DNA of 64,000 nucleotides from an uncultured Clostridia bacterium. GTDB lineage: Bacteria > Bacillota > Clostridia > TANB77 > CAG-508. Both the position numbers and the translations under genes were made by a program. This document shows, one piece after another, positions 51,460 to 62,647 of the stretch; position 1 is the stretch's first letter, and each line of letters starts with the position of its first letter. The stretch spans positions 198,416 through 262,415 of the forward strand of contig CANRPX010000001.1 of the NCBI GenBank assembly GCA_947632605.1, given 5' to 3'. The notes beneath the pieces were generated by a model, which saw nothing but the letters and a program-made list of their open reading frames with translations, made no database searches and was not told where the DNA came from.

Positions 51460-52721
51460 TGGATTCAGAAAAAAAGGCTTTTTTAAAAAATTTTATATGG
51501 AATAGCTTGGGTACAGGAATCAACTCTTTTAATTCTTTATTTTTCTTAATAATTGTAACAAGAGTAAATGATATTCAAACAGCAGGAATATTTTCAATAG
51601 CTTATGCAACTGCAACAATACTTTATACTTTGGCTATGTATTCTGGTAGACTTTGCCAAGTAACAGACATAGAAAATAAAATAAAAGATAAAGATTACAT
51701 AGCAAATAGAGCACTTACTTGTTTTTTAATGATATTAGGTGCAACAGTATTTTTAATTTTAAAAAGATATTCTGGATTTAAAACAACAATATTTGCATTA
51801 CTTGCAATTTTTAAAGGATTAGAAGCTTTTTCAGATATTTTATATGGAATAATGCAAAAAAATGGAATTTTATATAAATCTGGACAATCTTTAAGTTTAA
51901 AAGGTTTTGTTGGAATAGTTCTATTTTTAGTTGTTGATTTAATAACAAGAGATTTAAGACTTGCTTGTTTAGCTGTAATTTTTGTAAATATAGCAGTATT
52001 AGTTATATATGATTATTTTATTATAACAAGAAAGCTTATAGATAGAACAAGTAAATTAAATTATAAAAATGTTTTATCTATATTAAAAAGTGAATTTTTT
52101 GTATTTGTAAATTCTTTTGCTGGAATATATATTTTAAATGCGCCTAAATACGCAATTGATAACTTCTTAACAGAAGACATACAAGCTATATATGGTTATA
52201 TAATGATGCCAGCTACTGTAATGACTTTGTTTACACAATTTATAGTAATGCCTTTTTTAGGCAAACTAAAAGATTTATATGAGAAAAAGGATTTAAAGCA
52301 AATAGAAGATGTAACTTTTAAAATAAAACTAGTAGTTATTGCTTTCGGATTTTTCGCAGTTTTAGCAGCATTTTTATTAGGACCAGAATTTTTAGGATTT
52401 ATATATGGATTAGATTTAACAGCATACAGAATGAATTTATGTGTAATAATTGGTTCATATATATTCTATGCAATTTCTTATATAAACTTAGTAACTTTAA
52501 CAACAATAAGACATACTTTTGTACAATTTGTAATTTATGTTATTTCAATGATTATAGCATTTATCGGTTCAAATGTTTTGGTTAGAGTTTTAAATTTGGG
52601 AATAAATGGTGCGACTTTTTCATGTACAACAACACTTGCAATTCAATTTATAATGTATACTATTATGACAAAAGTAATTATATATAAAGAAAAAAATAAA
52701 ATAGAGATAAAAAATAATTAA
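51459..52721 (+). CDS. polysaccharide flippase-like multi-pass membrane protein (MOP/Wzx-like)
   Basis: 420 aa, about 12 TM. Confidence 0.45.
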   Translation: MDSEKKAFLKNFIWNSLGTGINSFNSLFFLIIVTRVNDIQTAGIFSIAYATATILYTLAMYSGRLCQVTDIENKIKDKDYIANRALTCFLMILGATVFLILKRYSGFKTTIFALLAIFKGLEAFSDILYGIMQKNGILYKSGQSLSLKGFVGIVLFLVVDLITRDLRLACLAVIFVNIAVLVIYDYFIITRKLIDRTSKLNYKNVLSILKSEFFVFVNSFAGIYILNAPKYAIDNFLTEDIQAIYGYIMMPATVMTLFTQFIVMPFLGKLKDLYEKKDLKQIEDVTFKIKLVVIAFGFFAVLAAFLLGPEFLGFIYGLDLTAYRMNLCVIIGSYIFYAISYINLVTLTTIRHTFVQFVIYVISMIIAFIGSNVLVRVLNLGINGATFSCTTTLAIQFIMYTIMTKVIIYKEKNKIEIKNN

Positions 52722-52773
52722 ATATAAAATTAAAACAAAAGATAGAAAATATAAAAAATAAAAGGAGAAAGAA

Positions 52774-54957
52774 ATGGGGATTTTGTACATAGTAACATTA
52801 ATTTTACTTGGAATAAGTTTTATGATGTTCAAAAAATCAGAAAAGAAGCTAAACTTTATTAAATGGCTAATAATTTATGTTGTATCACTATTTTCATACA
52901 ATATATTTATTGGAATGGTTTTAGGTTTGCTTAATATTACATCTCATTTATGGTTATTATCAATAATAAATATATTGTTTACAATAATTTTAGGATTTAA
53001 AGCTATAAAAAATAAAGATTTTCAAAAATATTATGTAAGAAAAATAGATGTAGTTTCTATTATTTTTGTTTTAATAATTTTTGCTGTAATGTTAGTAAAA
53101 GACTTATATATTTTTAATGGTGATATATCTCACATGGCAATGGATTCAGCTATACATTATAGAGCGGCAAAACATTACTCAGACAATTTAAAAATATTTA
53201 TAAATGTAGAAGATAAAACATTTTTTAATTTTAATGTAATGCAAACAGGTGCTTATATAAATGATGGAATTTTTATGAATGTTGTAAATAGTATTACAGG
53301 AATAAGTCATGAGTATTTATATCAAGCATTTGAAACAATAGTATTATTTTTAAGTGGACTTGCATTTTATGCATCATTTGGAGAAAAAATCAAAACAAAA
53401 AGAGGATTATTAGCAAGTTTAGTATTATTTGCATTATACATATATGGATATCCATATAACTCTTGGTTTTATGGATTCTCTTATTTATCAGTTGGAATAA
53501 TGATTATTGCAATTATGATTCCAGTTGTAGAAAGCCTATATTCAGAAGATCAAATTACTAGAAAATTAAGTATTCCTTTAATAGTTTTGTTAGGAACTGG
53601 GTTAATTTTCTCATATTGTTTATTTGTACCAGCAGTTTTTTCTGCAATATGCATTTATTGTTTCTTAAAAGATTTAACTTTAGAAGGAAAAACATATTTG
53701 AAATTCTTTAAGAAAACAACTTTAATTGTAACAGGTTTACTTTTATTAGTTACAGCAGTAGGAATTGGATATATAGTAGTTCCAACTTTCTTTATAGAAG
53801 GGCAAACTAATTTAGTTGATGCAATAAAACTTGGAGGAGCTATATATTCTGGAACATATCAAAACTTAATTCCATATACTCCATTTTTAGTTTTATTCTT
53901 TGTAGGATTAGTAAAGAGAATAAAAGAAAAAAAATTAAGATATTTAGATGTTTTTTCAATTTTTATAATTGGATATTTAGCACTTTTACTTTTAGGAGTT
54001 CAATATAATTTAGCATCAGAATATTATATGTATAAAATATTCTTTATAATGTGGATGGTTACATTTGCTATAACATTGGATTATATAAATGAAAATGTTG
54101 ATAAAAAAATATTTAGAATTGATGTAATAATTATATTTATGATATATGTTTTCTTTATAACTAAAGCTACTGCTGTAATTACAAACATTAACATAGCAGA
54201 ACCAGGAAAATATTCTATGGTTGATTTATATAATATGTTTGTAGAAAGATTATTTTCAACATTTGATATACTAATATTTTTATTGTTAGCAATATTTACA
54301 GTGCTACCTGAAATAATAAATAAAATTAATTTAAGTAAAATAACAGAAAAATTGTCTAACAAATTTAAATCAGAAAAAATAAAAAATTTATTGAAAAAAA
54401 TATCAATAATTGAAGTTAAAAGAATTTGTGTATCTGGATATGTTTTTGTAATTCTTTGGGGAGTTTTTGTATGTGGATGGGTTTGGCTAAAATCAGGACA
54501 CTTAATAAGTGAAGAAACAAAACATAATTTACCAAATTTTGTTGGAATTTATTATGAAGAAAATTGTAATAATAGAAAATTAGTCGATTTAACACAAAAT
54601 CTTAATTCAAATCAAATTAAATTAATTAAATATGCAAGAGAAAATTTAAAAGATATGACAGTTGAAAATACAGAACTTATGACAAAAGGATATTATACTA
54701 GAATTTGGTCAACAGCAATGCTAGAATTTTCAAGTGATAAAATAAAATATGAAAATGTAGTTCAAGATACAAATATTTACACACTAAAAGATGCCTTAGC
54801 GGATAATGAAAAAAAATATATAGTAAAATTAGTTTCTAAAGATGCTACTGATATGAAAGAATATGATGAAAAAGATTTAAAAGAAGCAAAAGGAAATGAA
54901 AAAGTAGAAATACTTTATGAAAATGAAAATGGTTATGTAGCAAAAATTAATAAATAA
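52774..54957 (+). CDS. large polytopic membrane protein with a C-terminal soluble domain (paralog A)
   Basis: Shares extended blocks with the next gene (KKSEKKLN, MQTGAYIN.GIF, YGYPY.S..YGFSYLSV, FSYCLFVPA.FS.ICIY.FLKDL..E.KTYLKFFKK). Confidence 0.5.
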   Translation: MGILYIVTLILLGISFMMFKKSEKKLNFIKWLIIYVVSLFSYNIFIGMVLGLLNITSHLWLLSIINILFTIILGFKAIKNKDFQKYYVRKIDVVSIIFVLIIFAVMLVKDLYIFNGDISHMAMDSAIHYRAAKHYSDNLKIFINVEDKTFFNFNVMQTGAYINDGIFMNVVNSITGISHEYLYQAFETIVLFLSGLAFYASFGEKIKTKRGLLASLVLFALYIYGYPYNSWFYGFSYLSVGIMIIAIMIPVVESLYSEDQITRKLSIPLIVLLGTGLIFSYCLFVPAVFSAICIYCFLKDLTLEGKTYLKFFKKTTLIVTGLLLLVTAVGIGYIVVPTFFIEGQTNLVDAIKLGGAIYSGTYQNLIPYTPFLVLFFVGLVKRIKEKKLRYLDVFSIFIIGYLALLLLGVQYNLASEYYMYKIFFIMWMVTFAITLDYINENVDKKIFRIDVIIIFMIYVFFITKATAVITNINIAEPGKYSMVDLYNMFVERLFSTFDILIFLLLAIFTVLPEIINKINLSKITEKLSNKFKSEKIKNLLKKISIIEVKRICVSGYVFVILWGVFVCGWVWLKSGHLISEETKHNLPNFVGIYYEENCNNRKLVDLTQNLNSNQIKLIKYARENLKDMTVENTELMTKGYYTRIWSTAMLEFSSDKIKYENVVQDTNIYTLKDALADNEKKYIVKLVSKDATDMKEYDEKDLKEAKGNEKVEILYENENGYVAKINK

Positions 54958-55034
54958 CTCTATAAGTAAATATATTGTTAATTTTATAGATTTTAAAAAA
55001 ATCTAAATAAAGAGTTTTTAAGGAAGAAAATAAA

Positions 55035-56873
55035 ATGGGAATTTTTTATGCCTTAACAGTAATAGCAATGCTTGTTACTTTTGTAATTGTAAAGAAAAGT
55101 GAGAAAAAATTAAATCTAGTTAATTGGTGTATACTATCTATAATTAGTTATTTGGGATTTAATATTTTAGTATGTATGATTTTTGGAGCTATGAATATTA
55201 CAACTAACTTATTATTTTTATCAATAGCTGATTTATTGGTAGCACTAGGATTAGGATTCAAAATATATAAAGATAAAAAAATTCAAAAATTTGAAATAAG
55301 AAAAAGAGATTTTTTAGCTGTTATAATATCTTGTGTAATTGTTTGTTATATAGCAGTCAATCAATATAAACCTCTTGCAAAAACTATGGCAAATGCATCA
55401 GTAGATGCTAGTATGCATTATAGTGCAACAATAAATTTTGCAAATAATATGAAAATTTTATCTAAAATAGATAATCAAACAGGATACAATTTCAAAACTA
55501 TGCAAACAGGAGCATATATAAATACTGGTATTTTTATAAGTATGGTAAGAAGTATACTTCCAAGCTTTAAAGACTATGTAAGTTTTAAAGTTTTTGAAAT
55601 GGGAATATTGTTACTTAATATATTAGCATTTTATATGTTAATATCAGATAAATTAAAAACAAAAGGAAACATTATTTTTGGTTTAATATTTCTAGCATTA
55701 TATGGATTTGCATACCCATATACTAGCTTATTATATGGATTTTCATATTTAAGTGTAGCAATTGCTTTTGCAACAGGACTATTCTATTTAGCAAAAATTT
55801 ATGATAATTGTAAAATAAACTTTCCTATAATGCTAAGCTTAATTGTACTTATGGGAGTGGGAATAATCTTTTCATATTGCTTATTTGTTCCAGCACTATT
55901 TTCATTTATTTGTATATATGCATTTTTAAAAGATTTAAAAAAAGAAGAGAAAACATATTTAAAATTTTTCAAGAAATCTACTATTTTAATTACTGGATTA
56001 CTTCTTGTTGTTACAATTTTATCAATATTCTATTTAGTAATTCCAACATTTACAGATAGTGATCAAAACAAATTAACAGATGCAATAGGCTTTGTAGGTG
56101 GAAGTTATAAATCATTATATCAAGATTTCTTGTTTTATATACCTTTTGTAGTTTTATTTGTATATAAATCTATTAAAGAAAAAAATCTTAATTATCAAGT
56201 AGTTGCATTAGCATTATTACTTTTCCAAACAATGATAACTTTTTTAGGCTTAATAAATGGAATAGTATCAAGTTATTATTATTATAAGATTTATTACATA
56301 ATTTGGATTTTGTTAGTAGATATTGCAGTAGAAGTATTATGTGATATGAAAGATAATAAAGAATTGGGAGTAGTTTTAAAAACATTAACAGTAATATGGG
56401 TTTGTATAATTTGTTTTGCTATTAGTGGATATGAGGAAAAATTATATGCTAAAAATCCTACAATAATGGATGCTCCAGCAGAACTAAGACTTTCAAAAAT
56501 GGCTGGAATATATTATGATACAAATATATTTGGTATAAAAAATATTAATGTTTCTTGCTTAGTAAATCAATATAGATTAGAACTTGCAGAACAAATGGGA
56601 AAACAAGAAGATATGACTTTAAAAAATATGTTAGTTGGTGGAATGAATACTAACTGTAAAGCATGGATGTATGTAGTTTCTGGAATTACATCAGGTGGTG
56701 AATCAATAAATGATTTACAAGTTGCAGTTGTAGAAACTAATGTAGAAGATTGGATGAAAAAAGAAAGTAAAAAATATTTTGTTTTATATGATGAATCAAA
56801 TACTTATTCAGACACTGATGAATATGAAGTAGTTTTTAGCAATAGAGCAGGAGTTATTTTAAAGAAAAAATAA
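55035..56873 (+). CDS. large polytopic membrane protein (paralog B)
   Basis: Same family as 52774-54957. The N-terminal 350 aa are colinear. Confidence 0.5.
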   Translation: MGIFYALTVIAMLVTFVIVKKSEKKLNLVNWCILSIISYLGFNILVCMIFGAMNITTNLLFLSIADLLVALGLGFKIYKDKKIQKFEIRKRDFLAVIISCVIVCYIAVNQYKPLAKTMANASVDASMHYSATINFANNMKILSKIDNQTGYNFKTMQTGAYINTGIFISMVRSILPSFKDYVSFKVFEMGILLLNILAFYMLISDKLKTKGNIIFGLIFLALYGFAYPYTSLLYGFSYLSVAIAFATGLFYLAKIYDNCKINFPIMLSLIVLMGVGIIFSYCLFVPALFSFICIYAFLKDLKKEEKTYLKFFKKSTILITGLLLVVTILSIFYLVIPTFTDSDQNKLTDAIGFVGGSYKSLYQDFLFYIPFVVLFVYKSIKEKNLNYQVVALALLLFQTMITFLGLINGIVSSYYYYKIYYIIWILLVDIAVEVLCDMKDNKELGVVLKTLTVIWVCIICFAISGYEEKLYAKNPTIMDAPAELRLSKMAGIYYDTNIFGIKNINVSCLVNQYRLELAEQMGKQEDMTLKNMLVGGMNTNCKAWMYVVSGITSGGESINDLQVAVVETNVEDWMKKESKKYFVLYDESNTYSDTDEYEVVFSNRAGVILKKK

Positions 56874-56942
56874 TTTTTTAAAATTAGTTATCGATTTTCA
56901 TAAAAATAAAATTATAATTTGTTTTTATAAATAGGAGAAAAA

Positions 56943-57830
56943 ATGAAAGTTGCAGCAATTATAGTAAACTATAATGATGTAGAAGATACAGAAAAATATG
57001 TAAAAAGTATTCTTGAATTTTCAATTATAAATAGAATTTTAGTCGTAGATAATTTGTCTACGACTGAAAATGCATACTCTAGATTAAAAAAATTAGAAAA
57101 TTCTAAAGTAAAAGTAATTTCTTCAGAAAAAAATGGCGGTTATAATTATGGAAATAATTTTGGAATAAAATACTTAAAAAGCTTAAATGAAGAATATGAT
57201 TATTATATTATTTCAAATCCAGATATAGAAATAAATGAAAAAGCAATAAATCATTGTTTAACAGAAATAGAAAAAGATGAAAAAATTGCAATTATAGCAC
57301 CAAGAATGTTTAATAAGGAAAATAAGCCAATAAGAAGAAGTAGTTGGAAAACAAGAACATTTTGGTTAGATGTGGTACATTCTACAAGAATACTAGAAAT
57401 TTTATTTTATAAAATACTTAGAAATGGTGAATATTCAAATAAAGATTATGAACAGAATATGCTAGAAGTAGAAGCAATTTCTGGTGCATTTTTTATAATA
57501 AGAAAAGATGCATTAGAGAAAATAAATTTTTTTGATGAAAATATATTTTTATTTTATGAAGAAGATATTTTAGCAAAACAATTATTAAAAAATAATTATA
57601 AAACTATTTGCTTAAATAGTGAAAAATTTATTCATTATGAAAGTCAAACAATAGGAAAAACTTTTAGTTATTATAAAAAAATGTTGCAATTATATAAAAG
57701 TAAAATGTATTATCACAAAAAATATAATAATATAAATATATTTCAAGAAATAGCTTTTATGTTTCTATTTTTTATAAGAAATATAGAACTTATAATTGAA
57801 ATTCCAATGAGAAAAATTTTTAATAAATAA
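56943..57830 (+). CDS. GT2 glycosyltransferase
   Basis: VAAIIVNYND...VVDNLS...SNPD layout of GT2. Confidence 0.75.
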   Translation: MKVAAIIVNYNDVEDTEKYVKSILEFSIINRILVVDNLSTTENAYSRLKKLENSKVKVISSEKNGGYNYGNNFGIKYLKSLNEEYDYYIISNPDIEINEKAINHCLTEIEKDEKIAIIAPRMFNKENKPIRRSSWKTRTFWLDVVHSTRILEILFYKILRNGEYSNKDYEQNMLEVEAISGAFFIIRKDALEKINFFDENIFLFYEEDILAKQLLKNNYKTICLNSEKFIHYESQTIGKTFSYYKKMLQLYKSKMYYHKKYNNINIFQEIAFMFLFFIRNIELIIEIPMRKIFNK

Positions 57831-57986
57831 AAATGAAGAGTAATTTATAATAAAAAAGCATTAAATTTTAATTATAAAATTGCTCTTTTTTTATGTATTT
57901 TAAAAGCATTACATTTATGTTAAAAGTTTATAAAAAATATTGTAAAAATATACTTTATGTGATATAACAGTCGCATATAAGTATAC

Positions 57987-59033
57987 TTGGGGGAACTATT
58001 GAGAAAAAATATAAAAAATTATAATTTAGATAAACTAAAAGAAGAGCTAATAAATTTAAACGAAAAGCCATTTAGAGCTGAACAAATTTTTAAATGGTTA
58101 TATGTTGATAAAGTAACTTCTTTTGGAGAAATGACGAATTTATCCTTAGAACTTAGAAAAAAGTTAGAAGAAAATTATTCTTTAGGATTATTCAAAATAG
58201 AGAAAAAATTAGAATCTGTTGATGGTACAAAAAAGTACTTATTTAATGTACAAGATGAAGACAAAAACTTAATTGAGAGTGTTCTAATGAGTTATCACCA
58301 TGGATTTACAGCTTGTGTATCAAGTCAAATAGGATGTAAGATGGGATGTAAATTTTGTGCTTCAACAGGAATACCTTTTTCTAGAAACTTAGAATCTGGA
58401 GAAATTATAGAACAAATATTAGAAATAGAAAAAGAAGAAAATATTAAAATTTCTAATATTGTTTTTATGGGAATTGGAGAGCCTTTAGATAATTATGAAA
58501 ATGTAATGAATGCAATTAGCATTATAAATAATCCAAAAGGCTTAAATATAGGAGCAAGACATATTAGTATTTCAACCAGTGGAATAGTACCAAAAATATA
58601 TGACTTAGCAGATAAACAAATTCAGTGCACATTATCAGTTTCTTTACATAGCAGTAATAATAAAGTAAGAAGTGACATGATGCCAGTAAATAATTCTTAT
58701 CCAATTGAAGAATTAATGAAAGCTTGTAAATATTATATAGAAAAAACAAATAAAAGAATTTCTTTTGAATATGCTTTAGCTAAAGATAATAATGATAATT
58801 TAGAAGATGCAAAACAATTAGTTAAGTTATTACATGGAATGCTTGCACATGTCAACTTAATTCCAATAAACAAAATAGAGGATGGAAAATATACCAAAAG
58901 TACAAATGAAAATATAATTAAATTTAGAGATTACCTTAATGATCATGGAATAGTAGCTACGATTAGACGAGAATTAGGTTCTGATATATCTGCTGCTTGT
59001 GGTCAATTGAGAAAGCAGAACTTGAAAGAGTAA
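57987..59033 (+). CDS. rlmN: 23S rRNA (adenine2503-C2)-methyltransferase, radical SAM
   Basis: CKMGCKFCAS CxxxCxxC motif, FMGIGEPLDN and a C-terminal CGQL. Start at TTG 57987 or the downstream in-frame TTG at 57999 (LRKNIKN...). Confidence 0.85.
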   Translation: MGELLRKNIKNYNLDKLKEELINLNEKPFRAEQIFKWLYVDKVTSFGEMTNLSLELRKKLEENYSLGLFKIEKKLESVDGTKKYLFNVQDEDKNLIESVLMSYHHGFTACVSSQIGCKMGCKFCASTGIPFSRNLESGEIIEQILEIEKEENIKISNIVFMGIGEPLDNYENVMNAISIINNPKGLNIGARHISISTSGIVPKIYDLADKQIQCTLSVSLHSSNNKVRSDMMPVNNSYPIEELMKACKYYIEKTNKRISFEYALAKDNNDNLEDAKQLVKLLHGMLAHVNLIPINKIEDGKYTKSTNENIIKFRDYLNDHGIVATIRRELGSDISAACGQLRKQNLKE

Positions 59034-59046
59034 AGAGGTGAGGTAA

Positions 59047-59811
59047 GTGAGAATTTTAGCAAAATCTGATATAGGAAAAGCTAGAGATATGAATCAAGAT
59101 AGTTACTATGTATCAGATTTGAAAAAGGATGAATTGAAATTATATATTCTAGCAGATGGTATGGGTGGTTACAAAGGTGGAGAAATAGCAAGTTCTTTAG
59201 CAGTAACAAATGCTAAAAACTATATAAAGAACCACTTCAAGAAAACAAAAAAAGATAGAGAGAGTATTCTAAAATTATTAAGATATGCCATAGAATATGC
59301 AAATATGACAGTATATGATAAGTCCAAAGAAAACGAAGATTTAAAGGATATGGGTACTACTTTAGATATCTGTTTAATATATAATAATAAGGTATTTATA
59401 GGTCATGTTGGAGATAGTAGAGTTTATAGAATTCGTAAAAATATAATTAGAAAACTTACAACAGATCATAGTTATGTAGAAAAATTATTAAAAGAAGGTA
59501 CAATATCTAAAGAAGAAGCTTTTAATCATCCAAAGAAAAATATGTTAATGAAAGCATTAGGATGTAACTCACTTGTTGAGCCTGATGTTATATGTAAAGG
59601 ATTTCTAAAAGATGATATTTTACTTATGTGTTCAGATGGATTAACAAATATGTTAAAAGAAAGTGAAATATATAATTTATTATTAAATAATCCTGACCAT
59701 CCAGAAGATGCTTTAATAAATAATGCAAATGAATTGGGAGGATACGATAATATAACAGTAATTATTATTGACAATATAGAGATTAGTGAAGAGGAAACTA
59801 AGGAGAGATAG
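59047..59811 (+). CDS. stp: PP2C-family Ser/Thr phosphatase
   Basis: GTG start, SDIGKARDMNQDSY, LADGMGG and a C-terminal DNITVI. Confidence 0.85.
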   Translation: MRILAKSDIGKARDMNQDSYYVSDLKKDELKLYILADGMGGYKGGEIASSLAVTNAKNYIKNHFKKTKKDRESILKLLRYAIEYANMTVYDKSKENEDLKDMGTTLDICLIYNNKVFIGHVGDSRVYRIRKNIIRKLTTDHSYVEKLLKEGTISKEEAFNHPKKNMLMKALGCNSLVEPDVICKGFLKDDILLMCSDGLTNMLKESEIYNLLLNNPDHPEDALINNANELGGYDNITVIIIDNIEISEEETKER

Positions 59812-59813
59812 TT

Positions 59814-61851
59814 ATGAATCTTATTGGAAAAATGTTGAATAATAGGTATGAGGTTTTAGAAAAAATAGGAAATGGGCGGTATGGCAACTGTTTACAAAGC
59901 AAAATGCCATGTGCTAAATAGATATGTAGCAATTAAAATATTAAAAGATGAGTTTACAACAGATAGTGATTTTATTAAAAAGTTTAATAGTGAAGCTCAA
60001 TCTGCTGCAAGACTTGCTCATCCGAATATAGTTCAAATTTATGATGTATGTAATGAAGATAATCTATATTATATAGTAATGGAACTTATACAAGGAAAAA
60101 CTTTAAAAGAAATAATAACAGAAGACGGAATTCTTTCTTGGAAATGGTCTGTAAATATTGCAATACAAATCGCATCAGCATTAGAAACAGCACACAAAAA
60201 TAACATCATACATAGAGATATAAAACCACACAATATAATAATAACAGAAGATGGAATAGCAAAAGTAACAGATTTTGGTATAGCAAAAGCTGTTTCAAAT
60301 TCTACTATAACAGCTTTTGGAACAACAATAGGATCAGTTCATTATTTTTCTCCAGAGCATGCAAGAGGTGGATATACAGATGCAAAATCTGATCTTTATT
60401 CTCTAGGAATAGTAATGTATGAAATGCTTACAGGAAAAGTACCATTTGATGCAGATACACCAGTATCTGTTGCATTGAAACAAGTTCAAGAAGAACCAGT
60501 AGACCCAATGAATTATAATCCTAATATACCAATTAGTGTAAATAGAATTATTTTAAAAGCAATGCAAAAAGATCCAAATCTTAGATATCAAAATGCAACT
60601 GAAATGTTAAAAGATTTATCTTTAGCACTAAAAAAACCAGATGAAGATTTTGTTATTTTAGCTACTAGAAGTGATGATTCTCCAACACAAAAAGTTCCTA
60701 CTATTTATGAATTAGAAATGGAGAAAAATAACGATAGAAAAGCTCCTAAAGTAGGAGATAATGTATCAAGTAAAAAAGAAAATAAAATTAAAGCTTTTTA
60801 TGCTAAACATAAATGGGCAAAACCAGTTACTATTATTTTAGCATCTGTACTTGTTTTTATTATTGCAATGTATTCTACAATAGCAATTTTAAATGGAACT
60901 AGACCAAATCAAGTAGAAATACCAAATGTTTCTGGAATGAAAAATGAACAAAGAATGAAAAAAGAAGATGCTATAAAGATTTTAAATGATTTAGGATTTA
61001 AAGATATAACAGTTGAAGAAGAATATAATGATGAAGTTGAAGAAGGATATGTAATATCACAATCACCAGAATATCAAGAAAACTATAAATATAATTTAAC
61101 ACAAAAAATTAAATTAGTAGTAAGTAAAGGACAAAAAACTGTTACTATGCCTTCAAAAATTATAGGCAAGAAAATAGAAGATGTTAAAAAAGAATTAGAT
61201 GAATTAGAATTAAAATATGAAATAAAAGAAGAAACTAGTGAAAAGATTGAAAAAGATATTGTAATTGATGTAGATCCAGGAGAAGGAGAAGAAATTACAG
61301 CAGCTACAACTATTAATCTTACTGTTAGTTCAGGAAGTGCTTATAAAGATGTAGTAGTTCCAAGTGTTATAAATGAAACTCAAGATAATGCGGTTGCAAA
61401 ATTAACTGCTTTAAAATTACTTGTAAATGTTTCTTATGAAGAAAATGCTTCAAAATCTAATGGAATAGTTACATCTCAAACAGTAGCACCAGGAAAAACA
61501 TTAAAAGAAGGAGATTCAATAGAAATAGTTGTAAATAAACAACCAACAAAATCAACTGTAACAGTTAATGTTAATTTAAAAGAATTACTAGGATATACTG
61601 CACCTACAACTCAAACTTCATCAGATGGAAATACAACTACAGAAACACAAAGTGTACCAGAAGCAGATGTAACAATTACAGTAGGAGACGACATTATATT
61701 AAATGAAAAATATTTGAAAACTAAAACAGATATATCTGCATCATTTACAACTTCAGGAGTAAAAGATGTTAAAGTAAAAGTAGATAGTGTAACAAAATAT
61801 ACTGAAACAGTTGACTTTAGTCAAGGAAGCAAAACAATAAATGTAAAATAA
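59814..61851 (+). CDS. prkC: PASTA-domain Ser/Thr protein kinase PrkC, N-terminus disrupted by an apparent +1 frameshift in a GGG run (59874-59876)
   Basis: ATG 59814 encodes MNLIGKMLNNRYEVLEKIGNG, then shifts to a stop. The ORF track resumes at 59872 (MGGMATVYKAK...). The downstream part has HRDIKPHN, DFGIA, a TM helix and three PASTA-like repeats. Confidence 0.8.
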
Positions 61852-61855
61852 AATT

Positions 61856-61925
61856 AAAAGAGACTTTTAATTGAACTATACTAAAAGATAAATTTTATAC
61901 TAGTTCTAAAAGTCTCTTATTTTAA
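61856..61925 (+). terminator. putative terminator / large stem-loop (AAGAGACTTTTA ... TAAAAGTCTCTT + T-rich)
   Basis: 12-bp inverted repeat with a loop of about 35 nt, followed by ATTTT. Confidence 0.4.
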
Positions 61926-61935
61926 AGGAGAAATT

Positions 61936-62598
61936 ATGACAGAAATATCAGCATCATTATTAACTTTGGAAAAAGAAAATGCAATTAAAACAATGTATAA
62001 TTTAGAAGCAGGAAAAATAGATTATTTTCATATTGATGTAATGGATGGAAAATTTGTAGAAAAAAATACAACAGAAATAATGAAAGATTATGCATTAACT
62101 GCTTCACATATTTCTAATTTAGGATTAGATGTACATCTTATGGTAGAAAATGTAGAAGAATTTATTGATGAATATTCTATGTTAGAGCCTGAGATAATAA
62201 CTTTTCATATAGAGGCTACTAAAAATGAAGAAAGAACAAAGAGCGTTATAGAAGAGATTAAAAATATTGGTTCTAGAGTTGGTATTGCAATAAGCCCAGA
62301 CACTAGCATTGATGAAATAAAACAATATTTACCTTATATTCATACAGTATTAGTAATGACAGTAGTTCCAGGAAAAGGTGGTCAAAAGTTAATACCAGAA
62401 ACTTTAGAAAAAGTAAAAGAATTAAAGAAATATATTACTGAAAGAAATATAGACATTGATATTGAAGTAGATGGTGGAATAAATGATAGCACTGCAAATC
62501 TTGCAATAGATGCTGGAGCTAATATTCTAGTTATGGGAAATTATTTAATTTCTTCAGAAAATATAAAAGAAGCAATAAGAAAAATAAAAGAAAATTAA
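61936..62598 (+). CDS. rpe: ribulose-phosphate 3-epimerase
   Basis: SLLTLEKENA...FHIDVMDG and VMTVVPGKGGQKLIPE motifs. Confidence 0.9.
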   Translation: MTEISASLLTLEKENAIKTMYNLEAGKIDYFHIDVMDGKFVEKNTTEIMKDYALTASHISNLGLDVHLMVENVEEFIDEYSMLEPEIITFHIEATKNEERTKSVIEEIKNIGSRVGIAISPDTSIDEIKQYLPYIHTVLVMTVVPGKGGQKLIPETLEKVKELKKYITERNIDIDIEVDGGINDSTANLAIDAGANILVMGNYLISSENIKEAIRKIKEN

Positions 62599-62647
62599 AT
62601 TTATTATCAAAAATTATATAAAAATTAAATAATAAAAGGAGAATGTT

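Noticed and set aside
57831-57986. Possible terminator/promoter between the last GT2 and rlmN
   Set aside because: There is a T-run (gctcttttttt), but the upstream inverted repeat is imperfect (GCATTAAATTTTA vs TATAAAATTGC). That is too weak to call.
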